A stretch of 64,000 bases of DNA from Octopus sinensis. Lineage: Eukaryota. The position numbers and the translations under genes are program-made. Shown here one piece after another: positions 25,429-37,937 of the stretch. Numbering within the stretch: position 1 is the stretch's first letter; every line of letters begins with the position of its first letter. The stretch spans positions 171,926,001-171,990,000 of the forward strand of contig NC_042997.1 of the NCBI RefSeq assembly GCF_006345805.1. Direction: 5' to 3'. The notes under the pieces were generated by a model, which was not told the DNA's origin, did not search any database, and saw only the letters and a list, made by a program, of their open reading frames with translations.

Positions 25429-25981
25429 GTGAGAGAGCAGTGCATGCCATCAAAGTGACACTGGGGTAAAATATACAAAGCCCGGTAAACACATCATGAC
25501 TACCCGTCTGATAAGGTTACACTAGGCACATGCATCACAATCATATGTGCACGACATGGTGATCTCATATCAAGATAAACAGCACATGACCTTGCAGGTG
25601 GGGCCCAATTAGAATTTTTTTCTGGTCGAGTAACCCATCCTGCTCAAAATGTCCCTGAATAAAGGTTGTTTAAGGATGTTGAACAAAACACCCATGTTTC
25701 CAGAGGTGAATTATTCAAATCCCAAAGAATCCTTCTCAACACATGGCTATGATGCTCCCCAACTACTTCTGCTCATGATCAGAGATGCACATGTCATCAG
25801 CCACTAGGGGACATGCTCAACTGGTTAAGGCCAAACAACTGACAAGCAAATCTGTGGTATTGAGCAGAATATTTGCTGTGGCCCATCTTTTATACCAAGA
25901 TAAAACAATGTACATGATAACACTTCCAATCAGTTAAGATGAGCAGCCATGAGAGCCACTGCCTGGTACTGCATCAGGGCA
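25428..25981 (+). mobile_element. ~550 bp non-coding element in (ATT)n
   Basis: Second copy of 17975-18508. Confidence 0.75.
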
Positions 25982-26004
25982 TTTATTATTATTATTATTA
26001 TTAC

Positions 26005-26036
<32 letters not shown>

Positions 26037-26053
26037 TATTATATTATTATTAT

Positions 26054-26103
<50 letters not shown>

Positions 26104-26774
26104 TATGAAGGCATTTTTCTAGTCTCTTTAAGATATGATTTATTCAAGCATTAGCAAAGGTAATTTTCTTTGGAGTACTTGTAAGAAGACTTGTAATTAC
26201 CTAAGGAAAGCTTGTCCTTAATACCTGAAGGTAGACATTAAAAAAAATGGCTTGGTTTTGCAAACATCTAAAATTTTATTTACCCACATTATATTTTCAC
26301 ATCAAAAATGGGTATCACATATAAATAATTACTCTACACAACAGAACATTACAATGGCTTGAAAAACAACATGAAATTAAAAGACACAATTAAATGTATA
26401 AAAAAGCAGAATAAAACGAGCACTTTAGAGAACATTCAATTGAGGTAATGCCTATAAATGCCCATATAAATAATGTGGAAGACACAGACAGTAATAACAA
26501 CAATAGCAGTAGCAACTATTTGACAATACCAAACCTTACCTCAATGCAAAATGAACTGATGGAAATTTAAGATCTATTCACAGTTACAACATCAAAAATA
26601 GAAAAGGGGAAACAATGTGAAAGGGGAATTATTTTATGAAACCAAACAGCATTTCTTTACCATAGATGATAATCCAGAAGGAGAAGAGAAAAATTACATA
26701 CCTCCGCTTATGGAAAATTGGAAATGGATTTCATTTTCCCTCATGTCAACATATATTTGTTTTTTCCTTTTGTT

Positions 26775-27180
26775 CTTTTATTCTTTTACTTGTTTCAGTC
26801 ATTTGATTGTGGCCATGCTGGAGCACCACCTTAAAGGGTTTTTCAGTCGAAGAAATCGCTCCAGGATTATTCTTTGTAAGCCTAGAACTGATTCTATCAG
26901 TCTCTTTTGCTGAAACGCTAAGTTACGGGGAAATAACATGCTGACATCAGTTGTCAAGCGATGGTGGTGGGATGGACACAGACACAAAGACACACACAAA
27001 CATAAGTATATATGCATATATATATGTGTGTGCTTCTTTCAGTTTCTTCCAACCAAATCCACTCACAAGGCTTTGGTTGGCCCAAGGCTATAGTAGAGGA
27101 CACTTACTCGAGGTGCCACACAGTGAGACTGAACTCGGAATCATGTGGTTGGGAAGCAAGCTTCTTACCACACATCCACG
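26775..27180 (-). mobile_element. SINE family B
   Basis: Full head-microsatellite-tail structure as at 3485-3890. Confidence 0.8.
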
Positions 27181-28750
27181 TTTGCACCTATGTGCCATGC
27201 CTACACTTATAGCCAACTATCTGGAGAAGTTGTTTCAATTGAAAAGAAAAAGATGTGGCACTATTTTGCTATGCCTTTAAAAATAATGACAGTCAAAAAA
27301 CAGACAGAAATTGTTGGACATATCTTTGACTGTATATTTTGCACCAGCATATAGGTCAAAGAAATGCCAAAGTCTCAATAAAAGACATGGAATAAGACAT
27401 AGATCCATAGCAAGCAGTGATTTTTGTGTTGCAGTAAAGAAGAATTGTCAAATCAAGAATAATGAAAAGTGATCTGTGGCAAGGCATCAGTAAAATGGAT
27501 TTGCAAGTCTCAATAACCTCTGAATACTTCTGGAACTGTGCCAAACAGAAGGCACTGACATAAAGGTCATACAATTAAGAAGATAGAGGAGAAATCCTAC
27601 TTGCCTTGGAGTTGAATATGTAGAAGAGCTGTAAAAATTAAGTAAAAGTAAGAAAAACAAAGATGATGAAGAGCAACAGAAAAAAAAAACAGTTTCCAGA
27701 GAACCATGAGTCAAAACCATGGAAATAGTAAAGACGATATCTTTAGGTCTAGAATCATTAGTAAAAGAGCAAAAAGCACATCTAATGGTACCAACTTGTA
27801 GTGGACGGTAGTGAGGAAGAAGTAATAATTACAGATCAACATTTCTGAACAGAAGGAAAAAGAAGAAAAAAAATTGCAGAAAATGAAAATACGGCATAAA
27901 ATGAAAAAATTGCAGAAAATGCAAATATGGCATAAAACGATAAAATAAGTGAGGAGGAACAATTTCTTACAAATGATAACGAAATCCTTCTCCAGGAATA
28001 TATCAAAGAAAATGAAGAGAACAAAGATGAAGTAACATTCATTATTTTTTGAAAATCAAATACAGTTAATAGACATATTTATCTCCCCGCCCTCTCTCTC
28101 TCTCTCTCTGGTACCATGGATTTTCTGAAGAAATTGGAATGATACAACAACAATTAGGTTTAGAATATAAACAGCATGTAAACAAGAGATTACTAGTAAA
28201 ATATAAATTTAGATATAATACCAAATTTAAAAGAGAATACACTCAGGATGATAGTGTTTTCCAATCCCAAATGTCTCAGAAAATGCTCACTGGTGCATTT
28301 GATTGCACTTGAACACGATCTGAAAAATGGTTATGTGAAGGGGATTATTGAGTGACCCAACTCAATCTAGCCAGAAAATTTTCATATTTTATTTAAATTT
28401 TAGATTCTTTTATGATAATTTTTGTATATATTTCCTTGCAAATATGTGTCAGTATTATTTATGGATTTCTGTATGTGTGTGTGTATGTGTGTGTGTGTGT
28501 GTGCGTGAGTGTGTGTGTGTGTGTATGTGTGTGTGTGTATGTGTGTGTGTGTATGTGTGTGTGTGTATGTGTGTGTGTGTGTGTGTCTATAGGTGCAGGC
28601 ATAGCTATCTTGTAAAGAAGCTTGATTGTCAACCACATGGTTCTAGGTTCAGTCCCACTGTGTAACAAATTAGGCAAGTGTTTTCTACTATAGCCATGGG
28701 CTAACCAGAGCCTTGTGGGGGAATTTGGTAGAAGCCCACTCTTTCATATA

Positions 28751-29366
28751 TATATAAAATTTAAATAATGAGGGAGATAAATTGAATACTAATTTAATTA
28801 ATATCAATTTAAAACCAGTAGCCTAGCATATATAAAAAAAAAATTTAAATAATTATGTTCTCTAATTGGCAATATTAACTGCAGTAAATTATCTGCTGCA
28901 GAACTGTTTCTGGAATTTAGCGTGCCAGAACTTAGACATTTGAAAATAACTCCAATGTAATCAGTAGAACTAAGCACATGTCTAGTTTTATATGGACAAC
29001 TAGTGTTTGGTTTTGCAAATTATATTGAATTGGAACGATCGTACTGACGAGTCTGCAGATGAAAGATTACGTAAGTAATTTATTCTTGATTTTTATATAA
29101 TTTTCATGTTTTTCCCGCATATGTTCTGGTGTTCGCTGAATTTTCTCTGGAGAACATTTTTTCTTTGTAGTTAGATCCTATGTGATCTTCTTCTAGCGTA
29201 TTGGTTATCCACCTAGTGGTTTATCCCTAAATATACACATGTATTGAAATTTTTTCTGATTTTTCAGATTTTTTTTATATATGCTAGGCTACTGGTTTTA
29301 AATTGATATTAATTAAATTAATATTCAATATTCGATTTATCTCCCTCATTATATAAATTTTATATA
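28751..29366. mobile_element. ~615 bp element with ~100 bp terminal inverted repeats in (TA)n
   Basis: ataatgagggagataaat...aatatcaatttaaaaccagtagcctagcatatataaaaaa is inverted at about 29268-29366. Confidence 0.75.
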
Positions 29367-29384
29367 TATATATATATATATATA

Positions 29385-29602
29385 TTTCTTTACTACCCAC
29401 AAGGGGCTAAACACAGAGAGGACAGACAAACGGGTTGAGTCGATTACATCGACCCCAGTGTGTAACTGGTACTTAATTTATTGACCCCGAAAGGATGAAA
29501 GGCAAAGTAGACCTCGGCGGAATTTGAACCCAGAACGTAATGGCAGACGAAATACAGCTACGCATTTCGCCCGGAGCGCTAACGTTTCTGCCAGCTCGCC
29601 GT
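29385..29602 (-). mobile_element. tRNA SINE family A
   Basis: ggcgagctggcagaaacgttagc head, central ctttgcctttcatcctttcggggtc, tail tttagccccttgtgggtagtaaagaaat. Confidence 0.85.
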
Positions 29603-29923
29603 TTATGTACATATATATATAACGGGAAGCTTTATGAAAATAGACAAAAGACGAAGGCAGGTGGAAAACAAACAAACAATTGTATTAGTATGGCGCTCAG
29701 GAAATATAAATAAAATAAGTCTTTAACGTTTCGAGCCTACGCTCTTCAACAGAAAGATACACAGAGAGAAAAAAAACACAGAAAGAAGGAGAGAAAAAAA
29801 AAATGCGTGCAGTAACTAACGAATCAACATGGCGATCTGATTTCGGCCAGAAGTCAAAGATCAAACATGAGACGCGAGAGCGAAATTAGGGGAGATAATA
29901 GGGTTGAATGACCAGCTCCAACA

Positions 29924-30302
29924 TAAGGGTGTGTGTGTGTGTGTATGAGAGAGTATTAGTGCGTATGAGAGGTCTGGACGTGTGTATGTATAGGGTTGGT
30001 GTATGTATTAGTATGTATTAGTATGTATAAGGGTGTGTGTGTGTGTGTTGTATGAGAGAGTATTAGTGCATATGAGAGGTCTGGACGTGTGTATGTATAG
30101 AGTTGGTGTATGTATTAGTATGTATTAGTATGTATTAGTATGTATTAGTACGTATTAGTATGTATAAGGGTGTGTGTGTGTGTGTGTATGAGAGAGTATT
30201 AGTGCGTATGAGAGGTCTGGACGTGTGTATGTATAGGGTTGGTGTATGTATTAGTATGTATTAGTATGTATTAGTATGTATTGGTTGGTGTATGTATTAG
30301 TA
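29924..30302. repeat. Compound minisatellite, 3 units with (TG)n and (GTATTAGTAT)n
   Basis: taaggg(tg)n-atgagagagtattagtgc.tatgagaggtctggacgtgtgtatgtatag occurs three times. Confidence 0.85.
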
Positions 30303-30803
30303 TGGCACATCATATATGATGTGATGTGTAAAGTCGTGTGGTGTAGTGTGGAGAGAGGAGAAGGGGGGAGTGGAGGGGGGAGAAGAGGGGGAGGAGGGGA
30401 GGGGGAATATATATATATATATGTATATAAACGGTTAGCTGAGTTAGAGATTAAAATAACCATCTAAGGGATAGAAGTATCCATTACACTACCAGTACAT
30501 TACCTATGCTTAACCATGAGTATACATATGCAAGCATATTATGCTCATAAATTATAGGTAAAGACAAGGATAAATATAGGTTTATCAAGAATTAATATTT
30601 AAAGAAAACAGAAAATGGAGAAGTATTGAAGAACAGCGATTGGCTTACATCAATTATTATTTATTAATTCAATACAAATAGACTGCATCCTATCTAATAG
30701 CTGTTTCTGCTTCCAATGTTGTATGATATTGCCATTGATATTCTATAAATATTTATCATATTTGATAATAAAACTGATCTGAAACATGAGGCTTCATCAG
30801 AGT

Positions 30804-30900
30804 GAAGAATAAATAAAGAAGAAGAGCATAGAGAAGAAAAAGGGATAAGTTGAAAAGTTTCCCTTTTTATTCTCTATGCTCGTCTTCTTTATTTATTCTT
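30804..30900. repeat. ~95 bp hairpin
   Basis: aagaataaataaagaagaagagcatagagaagaaaaaggga / tccctttttattctctatgctcgtcttctttatttattctt. Confidence 0.85.
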
Positions 30901-30907
30901 ATATATA

Positions 30908-31332
30908 TAGGTTAAATAAAATGAGACAATAGAACCAAGGCAATGTGAAATTTCTAGGACATTGTATAATGAGAATGGTAGTCTTACAGCTGTTTCAGGG
31001 ATATAAAAGATACCCCACCATCAGATACGATATCAGAGAGTTAAATAGAAGGAAATTGTAGAGTTATTTATACCTGCACACTATCCATTTGTAATAACAA
31101 AATATGAACTCCTATCAGAACTTATATACTTTGGACAAGAAGCCTTTTTACCCAGTCTTTACTACACATTCCTTGCATAATAGAACAGCAAGTTTATCAT
31201 CCAACATATATCTTTATTTTTATTCTCATATTTCCCTTTATACCTCCTATATTGAACTCTACTATTTCCTTCTATTTAACTCTCTCATATCATCCCTGAA
31301 ACAGCTTTTGTTGTCTCATTTTATTTAATCTA
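30908..31332. mobile_element. Inverted-repeat element with degenerate hammerhead (30981-31028, minus)
   Basis: Termini ttaaataaaatgagacaa / ttgtctcattttatttaa; inner repeat gagagttaaatagaaggaaat / atttccttctatttaactctc. Minus strand CUGAUGG-UGGGGUAU(CUUUU)AUAUCCCU-GAAA-CAGCUG-UA-AGAC. Confidence 0.6.
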
Positions 31333-31464
31333 TACATGCTCACACATGACCCACATTAGACTCCTCACTCTTACTATTATCGAACCAGGAGTCTAACAGC
31401 AGTCCTTCCATAGCACTTACATAGCTTTACCTGCCTTTTGGATCTTCTGGATACCAAAACCTCT

Positions 31465-31499
<35 letters not shown>

Positions 31500-31502
31500 C
31501 AA

Positions 31503-31598
<96 letters not shown>

Positions 31599-31964
31599 AT
31601 ATGTATATATTATTTAGTAGATACAATATATGTTTTATGTGCTACTATTAGTTTCATGTGCTGAGAGCATGCCAGTCAGTATTTTTTAACACATCTAGTG
31701 TCCTAGCACAATCTTCGGTGACTGAAGATTGTAAGCACATAAAAACATATATTGTGTTTATTTAAATAATATTTATCTCTCACCAGATGGTGCGCTTTTT
31801 TGTGGATCTTACCATCATGGAACAGTATGTTATATGTGTGCCTGTGTGTGTGTGTATTTATATATGTGTATATGTATTTATATGTATGCATATTTGTATA
31901 CTTATGTATTTATAAGTGTGTGTGCATGTACCTATAAAATTCTTAATATGTCCTATATATTCTA

Positions 31965-32360
31965 CTAGCAGTATTGCCCGGCGTTGCTCGGGTTTGTAAG
32001 GGAAATAACTATATAAGCATTTTTAGAGATATAAAGTATAATAGCCATCTCAATATGGCTAACCACAAAGGGGGGGTGTTACTGTAGCATTTTACGTTCT
32101 GAGATTTAATAATACATTTTTAGAGAGTTACTTCCCTTATATAATAGCAAAAAAATGCATTAAAAATTGGAAAAAATGATGGTAAATTTTTTTTTAAATC
32201 GTAGACTCATCGTAGACATGCGCTAATACCCAGAAGGGCTCGATATGAATCACGACTATAAGATACCCGGTTTTAGTTAAACTGCCCCGCAAAATGTAGG
32301 AGTAGTTAGGAATCTAAATCGTAGGAGACAGACACACAACTTCACTTTTATATATAAAGG
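31965..32360 (-). mobile_element. Non-autonomous Helitron
   Basis: Minus strand starts (C)CTTTATATATAAAAG and ends with GC-rich hairpin CCCGAGCAACGCCGGG then CTAG; lies between A and T with no TSD. Confidence 0.8.
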
Positions 32361-32486
32361 TTATGTCTCTTAGCTCTCCCTTCATATTTGTAAATGCATT
32401 TTTTTGTTGTTGCGCTCCACATTATCCTGTCTTTCTTTGCAACCCCTTGTGAGTTCATCAAGCCCTTGTGGCTAATAAAGAAAAGC

Positions 32487-32517
<31 letters not shown>

Positions 32518-33424
32518 CATTATTGTTGTTTTTGTTGTTGTCGTTTTTATATTTTTAATTATATTCTTAATGCCCTAGTGGATTATGCATATAAATCTTC
32601 TGTGTCATCAAAGCAAACCATACTGAAAGTTTGTTTTTTCAAAGGCTGAAAATTGCATGTTTACATGTTTCTCTATATGTGCATGATTGTGTGTTATCTA
32701 CCCCCCATGTGTGAGTGTATGTGTATGGATATGTGTGCATGGATGTGTGTGTATAGATGTGTGTGTGTTTCATGCATGTCTATTATATGTGTTTATATAT
32801 ATATATATATGTGTGTGCTTGTATATTGGTGTGCAAAGTGCTTATTGATCTACTTGCCTATACTGTAGTACAAACACCAGCTCAGACTTAGGGCAACAGT
32901 TATCTATCACTTTCTAACATAAATCAGCTGAGCTAGCACCAGTGACCATCAAACAGAATTAGTTGCCTGGAGAAACACAACACAGACATACATACATACA
33001 TACAACACTTACTTGAAATGCATGGTAACCATTTGAAATATAGGAGAATATATGTAGCATCAGAGTAAAAAGAAACCAGTCAAAAAGGAACTGCAATTAA
33101 TCAGAAAATAAAGCAGCTTGGTCAAGTTTTACACCACAAAAAAAAGTACCAGGAATTTTCTCCCCTTGCATTAACCTCTTCAACTATTAGGGAACATATA
33201 TGCATTAGTCATTCTACTGTCATAAGCAGCACGTTTTTAACAATTTGTTATTGTTGTTGGTGGTGTTGCTATTCCCCCACTACCTCCATATATGTTTACT
33301 TTTACCTTTTTACATTTTCTTTCTTCTATAGTGAACATATTTCTCATATATTTACGTTGCTTAATACAGTAAACTCTCATTGCTAAATTTTCTGGATATC
33401 TGATCATCATTTTTTAGATTTCCA

Positions 33425-33750
33425 CATCATCATCATCATCATCATTGTTTAACGCCTGCTCTCCACGCTGGCATGGGTTGGATGGTTTGACTGAAGACTG
33501 GCAAGCCAGTAGGCTGCACAAGTCTCCAATCTGATCTGGCAGTGTTTCTACAGCTGGATGCCCTTCCTAATGCCAACCACTTTACAGAGTGTAGTGGGTG
33601 CTTTTTACATGCCACTGGCACAGGAGCCAGTCAGGGCATGCTGGCATCAACCACATTCACATAGTGCTTTTTATGTGCCACCTGTACAAGAGCCAGTCAG
33701 GGGCACGGGCATTGACTAAGTTCAGATGGTGCTTTTTATGTGCCACAGTA
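33425..33750 (-). mobile_element. RTE 3'-UTR-derived fragment with (GAT)n tail
   Basis: Matches 24060-24307 (ggcattaggaagggcatccagctgtagaaac). Other copies at 13745-13990, 47200-47380, 60760-61122 and 61838-62190. Confidence 0.75.
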
Positions 33751-34825
33751 TGTTACAAAACTCATTAAAAAATCTTGATATATGCATCAATATTATCATT
33801 AATAGTCTGATTATCTTTCATCTTTTATTTCTTACTTGTTTCTATCATTAGACTATGGCCATGCTGGGGCACTCCCTTGAAGAATTTTAGTTTAACAAAT
33901 CAAGCCTAGCACTTATCATTTTTTTAAAGCCTGGTTCCTTTTGCTGAACTGCTAAGTTAGGGGGATGTAAACAAACCAACACTGGTTGCCAAGTAGTGGG
34001 TAGTGAGGGAGACACTTATCTAACGTGCTGCACAGTGGGACCGAACCCAGAACCACATGGTTGGAAAGCAAGCTTCTTACCACACAGCCATGAAATGAAA
34101 TAAATAGGAAGAAATGTAAAATGTTATTTAAGTAAAGCCCAGGGCTTGAAATCGTATTATTAGGAAGCAAACTTCTCAAAGCACACAGTCATGCCTGCAC
34201 CTCAGTTTATTTAATTATCAGGAACAGGTACACCAGCTATTTGGGAATGTTATTTGAAACGAACTGGTATTATCTCCCAAGTGAGATTCATTAATCATCT
34301 GTTTAAGACTATTTATTTAAGATCAAAGACTTTTGAGTGGAGGCATAATTGCTGATTAGTCGTAGAACTTATCACAATTTTGGGAGTGGATTCCAATAAT
34401 CTTCCTACTTTCTGTTCAAATCCTTTACCGTTTCTTCAGTATGCTTCCTTTGGTATAAGTAATATAATAGTATCCATACTCTTGCTTCTCTCTCTCCCTC
34501 TCTCTCCCCCTCTCTCCCTCTCCCCTCTCTCATCCCCCCCACTCTCTCTCTCTCACACACACACACACACTAAAATTTAAATTTCTTTTAGCTCTATTTT
34601 CTGTCAAACATGACAAATATTTATTACTTTCAGAATCTTTAGAACTAGAGAAATTGTGCTGTGTTATTTGGTTTGGCCCTATATGTTCTGCATTCAGTAC
34701 AGGCTTTGCCTCTCATCTTTCTACAATCATGGAGAGCCAAGATTTTTCCTTCCTGGATTGTGGTTCCTTGCCTTATGTGGGTGGAGTGTCCTTATTTATT
34801 TCTGTATTAAATTTTTAACTCATTT

Positions 34826-35339
34826 TAATGAAACTGATAAACTGTCCACAGTCTGTCTACCCAATGTGAAAGGCCTCTCCAAAAAGATACAAAAGATATG
34901 TGGTTCATATGACATCAGGACAGTATTCAAGAGTAATACAATACTTCGCAAATATTTCCTTTGAGTAAAACCACCAATAGAAGAGAATATGACCAGGAAC
35001 TGCGTGTACCGCATCCCACGCAGCTGTGGTAGGTTATACAAAGGTGACAAAATAAGGGTAGAGGAACATCGCAAAGCTGTGACATGGGGAGATATTGATA
35101 AATCGGGTATAGCTGATTATGTATGGAAAAATATAGACCACGGCATCCTGTGGGATGAAGTTAAAATAATAGACAGAGAACACCACTGGAAAAAACAAAA
35201 ACTAAAAGAAGCAGCACATCTGCTAGGACACAACAACCTCCTAAGCAGACCGAATGCAGATATGAGCAGCATATGGGAACCGGTATTAAGGAAGGATAGG
35301 AGAATATTAGATTTATCAGCCCTAAAATTCACTCCATAA
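34826..35339 (+). pseudogene. Penelope-like element GIY-YIG endonuclease remnant
   Basis: VCLPNVKGLSKKIQKI...IRTVFKSNTILRKY*, then CVYRIPRSCGRLYKG...RVEEH...SGIADYVW...HGILWDEVKIIDREHHWKKQKLKEAAH; linker and GIY-YIG layout of Penelope elements. Confidence 0.85.
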
Positions 35340-35381
35340 TTGCCCACAGGCATATGGCGTAGTAGTGACTAGGCAGTGACT

Positions 35382-35445
<64 letters not shown>

Positions 35446-35448
35446 CAG

Positions 35449-35613
35449 CATCGAAAAATACCTTAGGAATGAGAACCCAGGTTCGAAATTTCCCAAAGAC
35501 ACCTGATGAAGGCTAGAGGGTATATAACAACAAAGAAGATGAGGACAAATATTCGTCAAATGTAAATAATGCAAATAATGTACATAATTCTTCATCTCTT
35601 TAAATATAGAACT
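35449..35613 (+). mobile_element. Penelope-LTR-like repeat, hammerhead partly deleted
   Basis: Same as 15142-15322 but lacks cagccgaaacgttgtgt. Confidence 0.7.
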
Positions 35614-36462
35614 GTATCATTTTAATATATTGCATTGTGTTTTGAATTTTACCACAAACAATATATTTTACATACAGACACACAGACACACACACACACA
35701 CACACAAACATATATTCATATATTCATACATAATTGTTATTGCTCCATCTTCACAGATGATTGCTTCCTCATTGTCAATAGCATTTCTGACTTCATATCT
35801 ATGACTTCTCAGATGACTATTCATTCTTGTTGCAGATTTTCCTGTTTTGGAGCATAGATGACAGACAAAAGTTGTAACTTACTGTGCCCTTCCACTGGTT
35901 AAGTCTGCACATGTCACCACTTTTCCATCACCATAGGATTTTCATTAAATGGAATGATGAATAAAGTCACCATAAAAGAGATATTTGTATATCATTGGAT
36001 TATAGTGATAGACACTTGTTCAAGTGAACCACTGTTTTAATCTCTGTGATTAGTTCCTAGTGATAGGCTGAAGTGAGATGACCAGTCATCACATGAAACA
36101 GCAGGTTTTACATCAGTGGCCTTTTCCTGGAAGGGTGCTGTGACAACAGCTAGGGGTCCCTCACACCCAGTAATTTTACTGCATGCCCTGACACAAACCA
36201 AAGATATCTTTGTGTCCTCATAGTCAGATGGACTGTCATTACATGTGCTAGTAAATCCATAGCTGGACCTTGACAGGTGCTACCACTTGTGGCCAGAGTA
36301 GCCCTCAGAACAATAATAGCTAAGAGATGATTTCACACTCCTTAAAACCTGGAACTCCTAAAACAGAGCCCTACCTCAAGATGCAGTTTAAAGCTATACC
36401 TAGGACATGCATGGATACATACATACATACATACATGCATGCATACGTACATACATACATAT

Positions 36463-36627
36463 ATATATATTATTCAAAGGAATTCCATCTCTGTCTGTTT
36501 TTTATGTTTTATTTATATTCTTTATAATATTAATGTAGAATATTCTATATGCTACATTAATATTATAAAGAATATATATAAAACATAAAAAACAGACAGA
36601 GTTGGAATTCCTTTGAATAATATATAT
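36463..36627. repeat. Near-perfect 165 bp palindrome
   Basis: ttattcaaaggaattccatctctgtctgttttttatgtttta...taatgtag / ctacatta...taaaacataaaaaacagacagagttggaattcctttgaataa. Confidence 0.9.
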
Positions 36628-36681
36628 CCCTCTATACACAATCATACAAACCCCTTTATATATATATTTTTTTTCTGTGTA

Positions 36682-36719
36682 TCTTTCTGTCGAAGAGCGT
36701 AGGCTCGAAACGTAAAAGA
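36682..36719 (+). ncRNA. Variant hammerhead motif (A6 to U)
   Basis: UCUUU-CUGUCGA-A-GAGC(GUAG)GCUC-GAAA-CG-UA-AAAGA. Confidence 0.5.
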
Positions 36720-36807
36720 CTTTTTCTGTTCCTGAGCGCTATACCAATACATTTGTTTGTTTGTACACCACCTGCCTTCGTCTTTTGTTTATTTTCATAA
36801 ACTTTCC

Positions 36808-36848
<41 letters not shown>

Positions 36849-37431
36849 CGTTTTGTAACCCTCTCTCATATAATGTTTTGTATTGTATGTATATACAAAA
36901 GGATTATTTTTTTCCTACAGTATTCTTGCTTTTATTCCATGCTCTCACTGTGTTATCAACACTATCAAACACAATTCTGTGCACTTTGGATATGTACAGT
37001 GTTTACATCATCTGTTGAATTAAAAGTACTCAACATATTACATATCTGGTGTGTAATACTGGAATATGAGTTAGATATTTGTTTATATGGTTTTTAATAA
37101 TTCCCAGTGCACTTACTTATTATAGGGATTGTTTTTAGCCCACACACTCTTGTTATCTCAATTTCTAAATCGTTATGTTTGGAAGATTTCTCCACTTATT
37201 TTACAGATACATCATTGCCTGTTGGCACTGGTGTTTTGATTAGGAAGCACTTTTTTCTTTTCTGGTGGTTATTGATATCAACATCCAGTCAATTATTCTT
37301 GATTTTTCATGACACCATTAGATTGATACATCCCAGAACATTACTACTTTATCATTTTCTGAGGTGCGTTCTGATATATGTTCACCACCAATTTATTTTT
37401 CCTTGATATTCCATAATGCTAACCAAACTTT

Positions 37432-37650
37432 CGAGGGTGTGCTGAAAAGTTCATGCTTTTGAGTAAAACAAAATACAGAAGAATCAGTTAATTATGATTT
37501 TATTCAGCATATTCTCCTCTTAGATTCACACACTTAGAGCAGTGGTGCTTCAGTTTTTCTAAGCCCAGTAAAAGAACTTGGAAAGTTGGGCCTCCATCCA
37601 GACCTTTCATAATACCTTTAAAGCCAGGAACTTTTCAGCATCTTCTTATA
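37432..37650. mobile_element. Mariner-type MITE
   Basis: Inverted termini gaggg.gtgctgaaaagtt / aacttttcagca; second copy at 47391-47600. Confidence 0.75.
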
Positions 37651-37708
37651 TAGTGTTTGAAATCCTGCAACTCCATCATGTATGTCAATGTATTATTTCT
37701 TGGAAAGA

Positions 37709-37937
37709 GGCGGCGAGCTGGCAGAGCCATTAGCAAGCTGGGCGAAATGCTTAGTGGTATTTCGTCTGTCACTACATTCAAAGTTCAAATTCTGCCGAAG
37801 TTGACTTTGCCTTTCATCCTTTCGGGGTTGATTAAATAAGTACCAGTTACGCACTGGGTCGATATAATCGACTTAATCTGTTTGTCTGTCCTTGATTGTC
37901 CTCTCTGTGTTTAGCCCCTTGTGGGTAGTAAAGAAAT
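37709..37937 (+). mobile_element. tRNA SINE family A with 21 bp target-site duplication
   Basis: atgtattatttcttggaaaga at 37688-37708 and 37938-37958. Confidence 0.9.

Noticed and set aside
26150-28350. Host exons in A-rich, coding-like sequence
   Set aside because: Frequent stops; probably a decayed retrotransposon 5' region, but too few motifs to call.
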